DNA of 39,658 nucleotides from Perkinsus olseni (Eukaryota): NCBI GenBank assembly GCA_013115125.1, contig JABANN010000319.1, positions 1 to 39,658 of the forward strand, read 5' to 3'. Shown piece by piece: positions 23,901 to 34,789 of this stretch (position 1 is its first letter; each line of letters starts with the position of its first letter). The notes under the pieces were generated by a model. It saw only the letters and a program-made list of their open reading frames with translations, ran no database searches and was not told where the DNA came from. The position numbers and the translations under genes were made by a program.

Positions 23901-26900
23901 CCGTCTGCTGAGCACGCACCTGGAAAAGAGCATGAATGGCCTTCAATGTTAGTAATGCAGAATCGGGTAAAATTATCTTAGACAACAACAGTACAGGTGA
24001 TGAAACGGTTGATCGATATATCGGGTGTTTTCTCCGGTCGGAAAAACACAAGCAGTCCAGCCCTGATACACTGAGAACTTTCGGGCTCAAAATGCGTCGG
24101 AAAGTCGTTGCAGCAATACTAGTATGATACGCCCCATTGAAGAGAGGTGCTTCCTTCGATAAGCCCTGACCGGACTAGCAATGTACCTCAACCACATCTT
24201 GATTAATGGTAGTTCATCACAAAGACAATGATAGTGGCAGCGACCTTATACTGTTCTACCACTGTTTCCACTTGACAGACACTCACAGCCCGAAGAGTCC
24301 AACCGTTACAACTGGATAGGGCGAGCGAATAGTACTGTGCTCTTCGTGCATTCTCGCGTGGGGTCGCGCGCATTGGCACACCTTGATGGTTCTAGAATAC
24401 AGTCTTAATTTGATGTTAGCCTTCTTCAAGCATGATACACTATCATCAAGGCTCCGACAGTCTTGAGCTGAGATTCTTTACACACCACCCCGGCTGAGCC
24501 ACGACCGTCGGTCGACCGTAGGTGAAGGCCGGGTAGGGGATGGAGGTGGACTTGGGGTGGTTGGTGCCGGCTCCTCGAGCCAACGTCTCCAGCAGCGTTG
24601 CTGGTATCTCAAAGCACGAGCGGTTGGACTGTTTGGGTTATACATCAGATAAGATGATTATATCATTCTGGTCAACTCGTGTGGCGAGGAACTTTTGAGT
24701 TGCCTGCTGTAGCTTCTCGAGCTCCGTCGACGTCTCCGGCAAGAGCCTGTGAGATCCACCTGCATACTCAGGGGAGCATCCAACTGTTTCCCGAGTTTTT
24801 GGGCTCATCTTGATCGCTCGCTATAAGAACGAGAGCTACTTACAGCGCTGCTCGCCGAGCGGAGCGCAGCTTTCAAGGTTATCCACCAGCGGTACGCCCT
24901 GCTTGCGAGAAGCCCTCGTGCTACCTGTACGCTCACTCCCAAGCGAACGGGAGCATCCAGATCAATCACAATAACCAGTATGACGAAAATGACGGGACAC
25001 TGGCTTCGTTAGCAGTCTGAGCCCTCAACTATCTGAACCAGGAGTCCCAGGAAGATAGACCCGTCCTAGTAGTGAGTCATGACGGTCATGACATGACCCG
25101 CCTTCCAGAGCCAGTCTGGCTCGGCCACATCTCGTTCGCTCAGTCGGCAAGGAGAGTAAGCGAGCTCAACTAACGAGCCAGCGAGACGGGAGCCCGCGTC
25201 GATGGAGACGAAGAGTTCAAGTAACAGCCTTCAGCCATACCCAATCATCACTTCACTCAGCGCGGTCATTCATTATGGAACTGAGTCTCAGTTACTGAGA
25301 GGTCTGAATCGTTGGGCACTAAGCCTACAGGCGATTCTCCGCCCAGAATTTTAGAAATTTTCTGCTTTACCATTCTACAGGGAGCCTTACTCTCTCAAGT
25401 AGCTTACCGTGTTGATCATTTGTCCCAGGCCCGCAAGGGACATTCGCGAGATATTAAAATTCTGCCTCTTCACCGACTTCGGCAACTAAAAAGACCATAC
25501 ATCCCCACGCATGCTCGGACTTCACGATACCACATTCCCCCCGAATCACAGCGTTAATTACCTCCTGAGGATCGAGCAAGTTGTGGTCAATCGCACTTGG
25601 CGAGAGCATCTTCCCTAGAATAGTAGTCGTCTGGAGATGAAACCTGACGTACAACAATACGCGAGAATTCGACTTCCCAATTCGCAGCTCCGACTCACGC
25701 ATTTTTATTCTGCGGAGGCCTCCGATCATTCGGCATTCTCGGCGCTGGCGGGGGCTCCGTGTACCAAACAGGCAACGAAGTCTGAGAGTATCTTCAGGTC
25801 ACCCACGCAAGATATAAAATAGCTCAACTTACAACTAACTCTGCAATAACCTTCTGCTGCTTCATCAGCATAGCCAGCTTAGCTGCTTCAGGCCCCTAAC
25901 ACAGTTCCCTCATTATTTTGCCCGTGCACTATCACCTACCGCTCCACACTGGTGCAAACCATGGCCGCGATCCTGGATGATCTTATTAGTCCAGCTTCCT
26001 ATTACCGGCAAAATTAATGGCGATAGAACCTGAAGAATTTTGACCTCTCGAAACGAACACTCCCCGGCATCAGCGCGAGGAAGGCCGCCAGCGCACCACA
26101 GGAAACCAACAAAGTGTCGGTGTGATTCCGTAAGAAAGACCACCCAACTTTCACCAGACCGGCAATATAAAATTATTCGCTCCAGCCCGACGAGCTTCCC
26201 TTCAGCGCCTACCCCAAATACGAGTGCGTGGAAACGCATCGGCACCAGTGATGGTGCTGTCGCGCGATTCTCCAGGACAAAAGAAAAACAACTGTGTCCA
26301 CATCCGGAGTGTAAATTATCCTCTGAAGGATGGCTCCTACGCGGTTTCCTGGATGATGGTCTAAAGAATTTTTTACGATTACAACTCGACAAGTATTGCA
26401 ATTTTTCGTCGAAAATTGTTTCGTATTTTGAAAATATTATTATTTTTTTTATTTCAATACGCCGTAATCAGGAATTGCGCGAGCGACATCAACTTCGTCC
26501 CACGTCCCAAAGTTCCCCCACTTCCCAATATCACCTCAGATCCGCCACTATCGTTGATCTCAGTGACCAACTTGACCAACAGTGGCATCGGCATGTGGCC
26601 GAAGTTAACCTAAGATGATACACAACATTTTCAGAAAGAATCCAAATCAAATTCATGCGCACATTCACAACTCATCAATGTCATTCTACGCAAGATGGCC
26701 GTACGTAAACGAAATGAGGGATCCGGAGAACGCGGAGTTATCGTCAAGCTCTTTCGCCACTTCGAGGAAGCGACCCAGGACGAGTAAGAACATAACCCCC
26801 AGCACATTGGCTAACACCTAGGCTGATGCTATGAGACACGCTCTAACGAGGTTGTTAGAGCAAAACCGTCGAGGACCGTTGTGGATGGACCCGAAAAAAT

Positions 26901-28407
26901 ACGGAAAAAAGCCCGGGCTGAGGTTCGAACCCGAGACTTGTCCCGAGCTCCGCTTTTTTCGTTACGAAGGCCTAGTGCGCTTTGTTACCATACCACTCCT
27001 TTCGGAAACACCGTGAGATTCAACAATGGAAAACTGGTACCCGCTAAGCAGTAAGCAAGCCCACTGGCGCGAACCGACGGAGCCCAATTATTACAAAGTC
27101 AGCAAGCTCCGCTCCGCTCGCGTAGAGCTCCGCCGGCGGCCTTCCGAAGAGTTCCGGGCATTGCAAGACCATCGACAGGTATCTTATATGGCACTCACGC
27201 AGAGGTTTGATCTGAGGATAAAACACAGTCACCAGGGATCGAACCGGAGACCTGTAGGACACAATTCCGTTTACTAAATCACTTCATTCAGCAAGCGATG
27301 AATTCCGCGTCACCCAAGTAGAGTATCCGCTAAAACTGGAGGGATGGAGGTATTTACCAAATTGTGATAAGAAATCTTTCAATTTCATCCTAGAAAAATC
27401 CGCTGAGGAATTGCAAGATTGCAAGATTCCGCCATAATCCCTCATTACCACCGCCTCGTGTATTTTATCCTGCAAATCCCCACGATACGATCGGTTAGCC
27501 TCGTCTTCGATCCTGTTATAAACTTCCACCATATACGACAACTGGGCTCCGAGGGTGTTCAGCTGGCTCAGTCGAGCCACGAAAACTTCGTCAAGCTGAA
27601 AGGGAGAACCAACGACATCCCGAAACGGCATTCGACCGTCACGATCATCACGCCGTGATGCCTGTCTTCCTCTATACACGGTGGCATGGTGCGAACTCCC
27701 CCGGCAATTGCCGTGATCGATTCTCGCAGCTCCTTAATATAAGGGACCAGCATCAACCACAAACAGATAATCTGCGCTCCGAACGAGGACAGCTGACCAA
27801 GTCTGGGGGCACGTTCAAATTATTTCTGTTTTTCCGGCATTATTGCTCCTGATTCTTCCCTAGCTGAACCACTCAGCCCACATATCAACGAAAGTTTTCC
27901 TCGCATATCAATTATGAAAGAATCGAAATTCTCGAGAAACTCTGAGAAGCCTCCAGCGCACCTCCAAGCGTTGCGAGCAGCTTCTAAAGTACCGAAGCTA
28001 CCGAAGCAAACCGGCGGAATAACAAGTGAACCTATCAACTAGTGAGATGAACGAGGAAAGAACTGCGAATAATACTAGACAAAAAATGAGTATGATGCGC
28101 AGTAGAATAATCAGAGGAAGAATCGCAGATAATATAGTACTAGGTAAAATCTCTTCGTAGTAGTGCATAATCCACAATACCAATAAAAATACTCCGTTTC
28201 TACCGTATAAACCAATCGATCTGTTTCCCGTCCCATCCGGAATCGCCGATCCCTCTTCCCAAGTATTACGATATCGACCCTGATAGGCCCGGTCGTTCCC
28301 TCCACTGTAACCAAGTCGAGGTCCTTATGCGCGGCCGCCGCCTCAGGGTCGAGCGTGACCCTGAGGACCCTCGTCAGGAGGTGTTCCGTACGAGCTGTTA
28401 GATCCAT
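17993..28407 (-). CDS. UFD2: U-box ubiquitin conjugation factor E4 (UFD2/UBE4 family), more than 25 short exons
   Basis: Spliced exons give collinear UFD2 motifs: MDLTARTEHLLTRVLRVTLD (start); LDEVFVARL...YMVEVYNR; VLLWLASALTNSAQRATM; GCGLNTAWVIFELCLP; VLPTCIIDDIVDVLHY; KNPSVRGQAAK; VFTAVEKT...KFELRIPI; FVNQLLNDTTYLLDEGLDSL; LVGPKCLELK...YNFDPKDLL; DDQRYYSPQTF; U-box IPDNYLDPIMAEVMIDPVRLP...MDRRHI..ILSDDHDPFTREPL; ends LRDEIHAFCKKHNIDLDEEME*. Some internal exon boundaries are uncertain. Confidence 0.9.
18797..18844 (-). promoter_or_regulatory. 48-nt UFD2 intron starting with a tRNA T-arm/B-box motif (sense)
   Basis: Intron reads GTAGGTCCCGGGTTCGATCCCTTGCAGG...TATCAG; flanking exons join as KLAEM|YVYLAR. 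Confidence 0.65.
19497..19539 (+). promoter_or_regulatory. 43-nt UFD2 intron containing an antisense T-arm/B-box motif
   Basis: Plus strand CCAGGTTCGATCCCGGCACCTGCCA (19505-19529) lies inside the GTAAGT...TTAG intron. Confidence 0.6.
19974..20000 (-). promoter_or_regulatory. T-arm/B-box motif near the 5' end of UFD2 intron 19774-20007 (sense)
   Basis: AGGTCGCGGGTTCAATCCTCGGGCCGG. Confidence 0.6.
20870..20927 (-). promoter_or_regulatory. UFD2 intron (58 nt, or 40 nt with an alternative donor at 20909) containing a T-arm/B-box motif (sense)
   Basis: AGGTCCCGGGTTCGAATCCCC at 20891-20911. Confidence 0.65.
22737..23167 (+). repeat. Diverged direct duplication (~22737-22875 and ~23054-23167) inside a UFD2 intron
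   Basis: Collinear blocks taatgaagatggtttc, tatgatt, gaagccgtc and gcgagatg.cagcg in both copies. Confidence 0.7.
26905..26999 (-). pseudogene. Degenerate tRNA-like / tRNA-derived SINE-like element in a UFD2 intron
   Basis: A-box-like GTGGTATGGTAAC, loop-like TTCGTAA, B-box AAGTCTCGGGTTCGAACC, then a T6 run like a Pol III terminator. The acceptor stem does not pair, so this is not a functional tRNA. Confidence 0.4.
27230..27254 (-). promoter_or_regulatory. T-arm/B-box motif near the 3' end of a UFD2 intron (sense)
   Basis: AGGTCTCCGGTTCGATCCCTGGTG, about 20 nt before the acceptor at 27212. Confidence 0.6.
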
Positions 28408-28916
28408 GGTATTCAAGATCAACAACAACTGAGAAAGGCAACAGGAGTTCGTCAATTTACGGTACGAGGAAAATTCACACGAGAAATTCGATGACCACAT
28501 TACTTCGAGTCTAGCCCTTAGTTCGCGAAGCTAGCTTTGCCCCACCCAATGCCTCATGGCCACTCTCTGTGCTCAATAAACTAGCCTGAAATAAGCCCCT
28601 CTTGGATCGAGATACTTCGGAAGTAGGGTACCGAAGAGTGCCGCGCCCTGCGCGGGGATACACGGGAGCAATCGAGCTAACGGTAACGACCGGAAGCGTC
28701 GAATGGTCCGGCTCGGTCAAAGAACCAAAAACCATAAAATTTTCTCGATTTTTCCCCTGCTGCATTGGATAGGTATTATGATTCTACTCGTGCAAACCAC
28801 TATTTTTTCGTGATCATTGCCTACCCAAATCCTCCAATTTTCAACGGAGAATAACGAGGAAAAATGCAACTTGCCCGTGTTTCCCGACCTTCGTATCTTC
28901 ACCCGGATCATAACGC

Positions 28917-31075
28917 AAATCGATCACGCGACCGATTAACAACCGGGAAAAAAACCGATGGAATACTATAGAATATTTGAACACCAAAATTCCAAGAATA
29001 TGGCAGTGAATTTTATTCGATGCCCTCTTCGTCATCAGAAAATAGGTCATCATTTTCGATACTGTACCTAAAAGAAGACATCAAACCCGCACAAGTTTGA
29101 TCCCGGCATCCTACACATAAGTGTCGATACCACCACAAAATGCAGGTACATTGCGAGGGTCGATGAAACGGCTAAGATACTCAACCGGGTCTTCTCGAGG
29201 GACCAAATGAATCTTCGAAATTGTTTCCTCAGACAAAGACGATCGAATCTGACAAGGCCGATAATATCGATCACGTGATCGATTTCATTACAATATTCCA
29301 AAACTGCTTCCCAGCCCAGTTCAAGTTGGTAACCAAGATCGACCCAATACGTTCAGGATAACGATCGGCCAACAACCTCACAACCGATTTTGTCGAGGGT
29401 ACCTGAAATCGAAGAAGTCAGCACTCGAGCCGCTCAAAAATGCGATTTCTTCTTTCCACTGTCAAATTCGGGTGGAAAACTGCCGCCCGCAATAACCCGA
29501 AAAAACATCGTAAATTCACGTGTGTGCGCTGCGCCAACAAGTGATTTGGCCAAGTCATCTCCGATCGCGATTTCCGCTAAGCGAAAACGATAGCGTTTGA
29601 CACATCACGGGCGAAACTCCATTATAAAGATAATACTGCCTTCCCATAATGAATTCCCTGCTGAGATCAGCCTCGTGAACGTCCTTTACAGACAATCCTT
29701 CACAGAAATTTCCGAAAATTTTTCGAAAAATTCCGCCGAAAATTTCCTTACATCGAAATTATTGTATCCGCACCCAGACATGTTCGCCAGAACAATCAGC
29801 TGCTGCGTTTCCTCCTTCGAACCATCATCAACAATTTTCGATACGCATCTTTCCACACAATACACTAGATACCTTTCAAACCTGAAGCAAAAAGCGCGCG
29901 CCCTGACGATCGATTATGGCCACATCCCATACTCTTGCTGATCGATTTGTCTTGGTTCATGCAACCGCGCTCGGAAGACCAAAATTGGCCGTCCAAATTT
30001 GTCTCGCCCTCGAACATAAATCGCGCCTTTGCGTCGCTCCGCCGAAATTGAATCAGGGTCGATTCCGCGAGGCGGATGGCCGATGCCGAAAGTAGTAAGT
30101 CGCCAAGCTAGAGTATCTGTGGAGATGAATCGATCACGCGATCGATTGTAGGCGAGCCGCAATAGCACGACATCATTACGAAGTAACAAGCGGTCCAATC
30201 CGTTCCAGCATGATCGATATTTTTTCGAGTTAATAAAAGAGAAAAGAAAATCAAGAAAAAAAGGAACTTTTTCGTTAACTCTGCGAAATTCCATATTTTT
30301 CCACAAATTTCTTCGTTTTTTCCTTCATAAAATTAACAACTAAAATTCCCCATCCGAACAATTCCCCCTTGCAATCCAAATCTTGCAATCTTGCTCTACC
30401 TCGCAGTTTCGTAAACGCCGCGTCCACCTGCCATTCCGACGCCGTAAGGAAGCGTCGGCAGTCCGACTCGGTCGGGCAAACTTGGCCGGTCTCAGCGGCC
30501 GTTTTTTCAATGCGAGCGAGCCTGAGGGAAAATCCCGAAGTTTTTCCGGAAAATTTCCGAGAAAATTATACATTTCCTGCGCCCTCTTCTCCTTATCTGT
30601 TCCGGATATCTTATCGCCTAACAAGGACCATGTTCCATCACAGATATAAGGGATATTTCTCCCCCACCTGACTTGATGCCACCACGACTTCCGCTGGTCA
30701 AATCATAATCGAAAATGCGAGGATCTGATCGGCCAAAAACTTGAGGGAAAATCATAAGAAAATAATAAAGAAAATTTTGGTAGTTCGATGAATTTAACGC
30801 ATGAGAGACGATCCTTGAAGTGCTCTTGAAGATCATCACGCCCTCGAAGGAACATTCACTGCGCCATTAAACTTCCCCAGGAAAAGTAAAAAATAACCAA
30901 TTTTTGCGTAAATTTTACACTCTCGCTCACCGTTTCTGCCCGATTCAAAATCGCCTTTCTTCACGGTGCTGTTGAGGAAATCTTCGAGTTTCCAAATATG
31001 ACGAAACCACAGATCGTGAACAGGATTCCCCGAACGATTATATCGCCCTGACAAAATCGATCACGTGATCGATTT
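28917..31075. repeat. Four copies of the palindrome ATCGATCACG(T/C)GA(T/C)CGAT
   Basis: Copies at 28917-28937 (3' flank), 29266-29283, 30128-30147 and 31054-31075; the last three are intronic. Confidence 0.85.
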
Positions 31076-34000
31076 GGCGCACCTCTTCTTACCGCCAAAT
31101 ATCTTAGATACGACTCCCTGCGCATAGCTAAGATTCGGCGAAAGATATTTCATGAATCGCTGAACCAAAATATCTTTCTGTTTTTCAGGCGGAGCGATGC
31201 TCACGACACAAGTCACCGAGCTGCCGCGTCCATTCGGCAGAGGCTCGACCGACCAGAAGATATAATCCATTTCAACCTGATCACAAAAAAAGAAAAAATA
31301 TCGGAAAAAATCCTCACAGTTAAAACAGCTGAGTCAGCACGAAAGTTCTAATTTTCGTCCAAGTTTTACGCGCACCACACAGACTACACTTTTCCGAGTT
31401 TTCGGGAAAAAATTGTCAAAAGATGCAGGAAATATTTCGTTAAAACCATCAGTATATATATGCAGATAAAGCAGATCAAGAATGGGTTCAATCGGCACGC
31501 TTAAGCAATTGCACTCAGTCTCGAACGAAACAAAAAAACTTAAATTTGACGGAAAATTTTCCCTCCTTTTTCCTAGCGATTTTTATTCTCCCTTCTCTGC
31601 TACTCACCCGTCTGCCCAAACCCTCGAAAGATTCTCCTGAGGTCGTCGCCACCATCTGCTTTTTACTGTCGATCAGCGCTCGAATCAGATCAGCACGGAT
31701 CTTCAATCGAGAGACGCGCTCCTCCTCGACGAACAAGCAAGCATAATCTGTCATAACGGTCGTATCTGCAGAATGAGATCTACAACCCCGGAGATCCCTG
31801 GTTCGATTCCCAGAACCGAGTCGGTTCAACCGACAACAATTTACACAGCGACCAGCCGATGAAATCCTGATGAAGAATTTCCTGTGGAGAAGAAGTAAAT
31901 AAAAATTTAAAAACAACTTTTCACACCGTTTTTTCAACAATCTATCAGTTCCAGACAATGAAAGTCGGTAGCGATCCAGTCTTACCATAATTTTCTCAAT
32001 TCTCGATGGCTATTTAAACTTCCACGATAATCCAAAAAAGTGAAAAAAAGCTTGAATCAAGTTGATCACGAATTTTCATGGGGATATTTTTTATTGATAC
32101 TAAATTTCTTGCTATCATTTTCGTTTGCATAATCTCCCAAAATTAATATGGCGTGATGATCCTAGATACGTACTTTTTATAGTATGGATATACTATGAGT
32201 GTGATTGATATTTCCCACCGACGCTCAAGTACGCTATCAAATCTAATTCTGATAGAAAAAAGGTAAAATTGCTCAATAACAACACCAAGCGTCCAACTCA
32301 CCTTCATCAGTCGCAATCGTCGTGATTGGCTGAAAGCAGCATCCATCAACCCTCGACAGCCAACTGCCGAAGGAACCCTCCTTAATCTCTCGCCAAACTC
32401 TATCGCTGTCAAAACCGTCGAACAGTTGAACCAGACGGAATTTCGTGGCGCGTGACGATTTATTCACCTGACGAAAAACTAGACAATAACACAACTACAG
32501 TAGACATGCCGCACACGCTTCCAACGCCGAGCAGTAAAAAGCGCAGGCAAAAAAATCACAAAAATAATCCGAAACATACCACATTTTTCACATTTCCTTG
32601 TATTGATAGACTTTGCGCGTCCGTCTATCACATTTGTGAATAAACGAAAGTGTGGTACAGTTTCCTTAAGACGACAGAGCTTACAGCGATCTGACATCCA
32701 TGACCAGCGAACACTGGCTCCCACGCATCCAGCCTTTCAACGTCTTTCAGGGCAGCGGGATATTTGCTCTTCAGTCCATCTGGTAAAACGCTACGAATCT
32801 GGAAATCAAGTTATTTCGTATTCTCCCAGGATGCGAAGAAGATACCTTTTCGAGCTGACTCTCGCTGTTCGCTGTTGCCTCGTAACTCTGTCCATCGCTC
32901 GATGACAGACGCCGCTGTCTGTACTGATACTGAATACGGTATCTGAGAGAGACGAGGGTCAACCTAAGATACGCTAATTTTGTAACAGCTATCAACGACT
33001 TTCACCGCCTTCTTCCTAGATCGATCGGTAAAAAACAATTTTTTTTATTTTCTAAAGATGAATACCAATCGCCCCGAAATGAGCCTTCTGAGAAGCCAGG
33101 CTGATCGCGAAGCCCCGCGAAAAATGAGTGCATCGTCAAGCCAGTACCGGCGTTGGGCTATAAACCCACACACACAGGACGATGGCAGTGGTTGAACGGG
33201 CCTACGTTCTGTCGACAGAAATGATTGCTTGTTTGACTGCCCGGAACCACTCCTCGCACTCCTGCTCATCGTAGCTGCCAATGTGCAGGAACTCCAACTC
33301 TGACGGAGGCGGCCACGAGATGGGCTCCGATGGTGCTACGCCTGAGCGAAGGAAGTGCAAACCGAAAACTCGAAATCAGATTAGTCAACAAGTTGATGAT
33401 ATCACTGTGGTAATATCACACAAAGTATCGGTGGCATATTAACAGTAAAAATGAAAGATAAAAATATTACTATTACGATTGCGGTTTGTTTCGCCTTAGT
33501 GGGGCGATATTAGTAGGCAATATTGGCGATTGTAAATCTCTTGGTAGGGCGGCCCTACCAAGAACCTTACAAACACCAATACTGACAAAAACCACACGAC
33601 AGGAAAATTAGCCGCGCTGCGACGATACCCATTCCTCTTACCGTCATCAGAGTGTCCTCGAACTGGTGGCGGCCATCGGATGACAAATGACCACACCTCA
33701 CCATAGCCATCCTGAAAGAAATACGGCGGTGGTTACACACGAGAACTACCAACTCCCTTCTCTCCATGTCGAGTCCAAGTGTGCATCACCCAAGTGTGAA
33801 GACTCGCACAGACGATGCAGCTGTGTGTGAGTCAAAGTGTGACACGCACGGTCCGTGATTTCATAGTTCAACGCCGTCGCCAAATGCATTAGACTTCCGG
33901 TCAGGGTGCTAGGGAAATAAGGATGAGTTCCGCTTTGAAATTTTCAGTTCGCCCGACTGATGTTTTATGAAGCATACACAACTGACCAGGAGCACCTCAT

Positions 34001-34718
34001 GCAGCTTCAAAGGGGCGTAAACACCTTACAGTATATTATTTCCATAAATTTATCAGACACCAAAAAACATTACAAGCGTGGTTCGCTTCCCAAACCTCGA
34101 CGACAGACAGACGCCACTCACCTCTTCATTTTCTTTCGCCGTCCACATGCCTTCGACCGCAACTCTTCCCAGAAAGACGCTCTGGCGAGGTTGGTGATGT
34201 GCCGCTGTTGTGAATATCTTCAACATCGCCCCCTCTAGTGTGACATACCTGAGGGAAGCTCATGCACCAGGCATGGACAAAAATAATTCATCATTTGTCG
34301 GTTGAAAAGATTTAAATTTCTTCTTGTCACTAACAGTCATCAGAGTTGATTACAGGAATGATGGGCATGAGTGAACCTCTCCCGTGATACCAATACCACA
34401 CTTTTCAAACTTCGCGAGAAACTGTGGACGGCCGTTGATAGGCGAATGAGCAGACATTGCCAGATCAAATGCTCGCTATCATTAGTGATAACAAAAGTGT
34501 GAATGCATTGGTATATGGCAAAGAAAACCTGCCCAGGTCAATAAAGGCTCTTATGGCTTTGACGGCCGTCATGTTGAGGTTAGCCAGCAGTACCATAACG
34601 GTACCGACGATGGTTGGATCAACTAAAGCAGCAAAAACCTCCAAATCTTGACCTTCTTGCTCCCTATAGAAGCGTCGAGACCTTGAGCACGTAGTTGAAC
34701 CATCGACAATGACAGGTC
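29013..34718 (-). CDS. Multi-exon lipid-binding/transfer protein: PH + probable START-like + CRAL-TRIO_N + CRAL-TRIO (Sec14-like)
   Basis: PH: RYVTLEGAMLKIF...PRQSVFL (34248-34122), VWSFVIRW (33711-33642), EQECEEWFRAVKQAI (from 33341), with consistent phases. START-like strand: YIFWSVEPLPNGRGSSVTCVV (~31270-31190). CRAL-TRIO_N: ESDCRRFLTASEWQVDAAFTKLRDTLAWR. CRAL-TRIO: GRDKFGRPILVFRARLH...ANMSGCGYNNFD...LADRYPERIGSILVTNLNWAGKQFWNII...KIHLV...IDPRNVPAFCGG; stop at 29013-29015. That all domains share one transcript, and the 5' limit, are inferred. Confidence 0.7.
31790..31816 (+). promoter_or_regulatory. Antisense T-arm/B-box motif in intron 31766-31844
   Basis: GGAGATCCCTGGTTCGATTCCCAGAAC. 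Confidence 0.55.
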
Positions 34719-34789
34719 TTTTTCACCCCGCCCAAAACAGCATAAAACCACGGTGAAATAATTTGACCGTGGATAATTATTATCCACGG

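Noticed and set aside
19359-33000. Plus-strand ORFs such as 26040-26618, 19785-20195 and 29597-29941
   Set aside because: Antisense shadows of the minus-strand UFD2 and CRAL-TRIO exons and introns.
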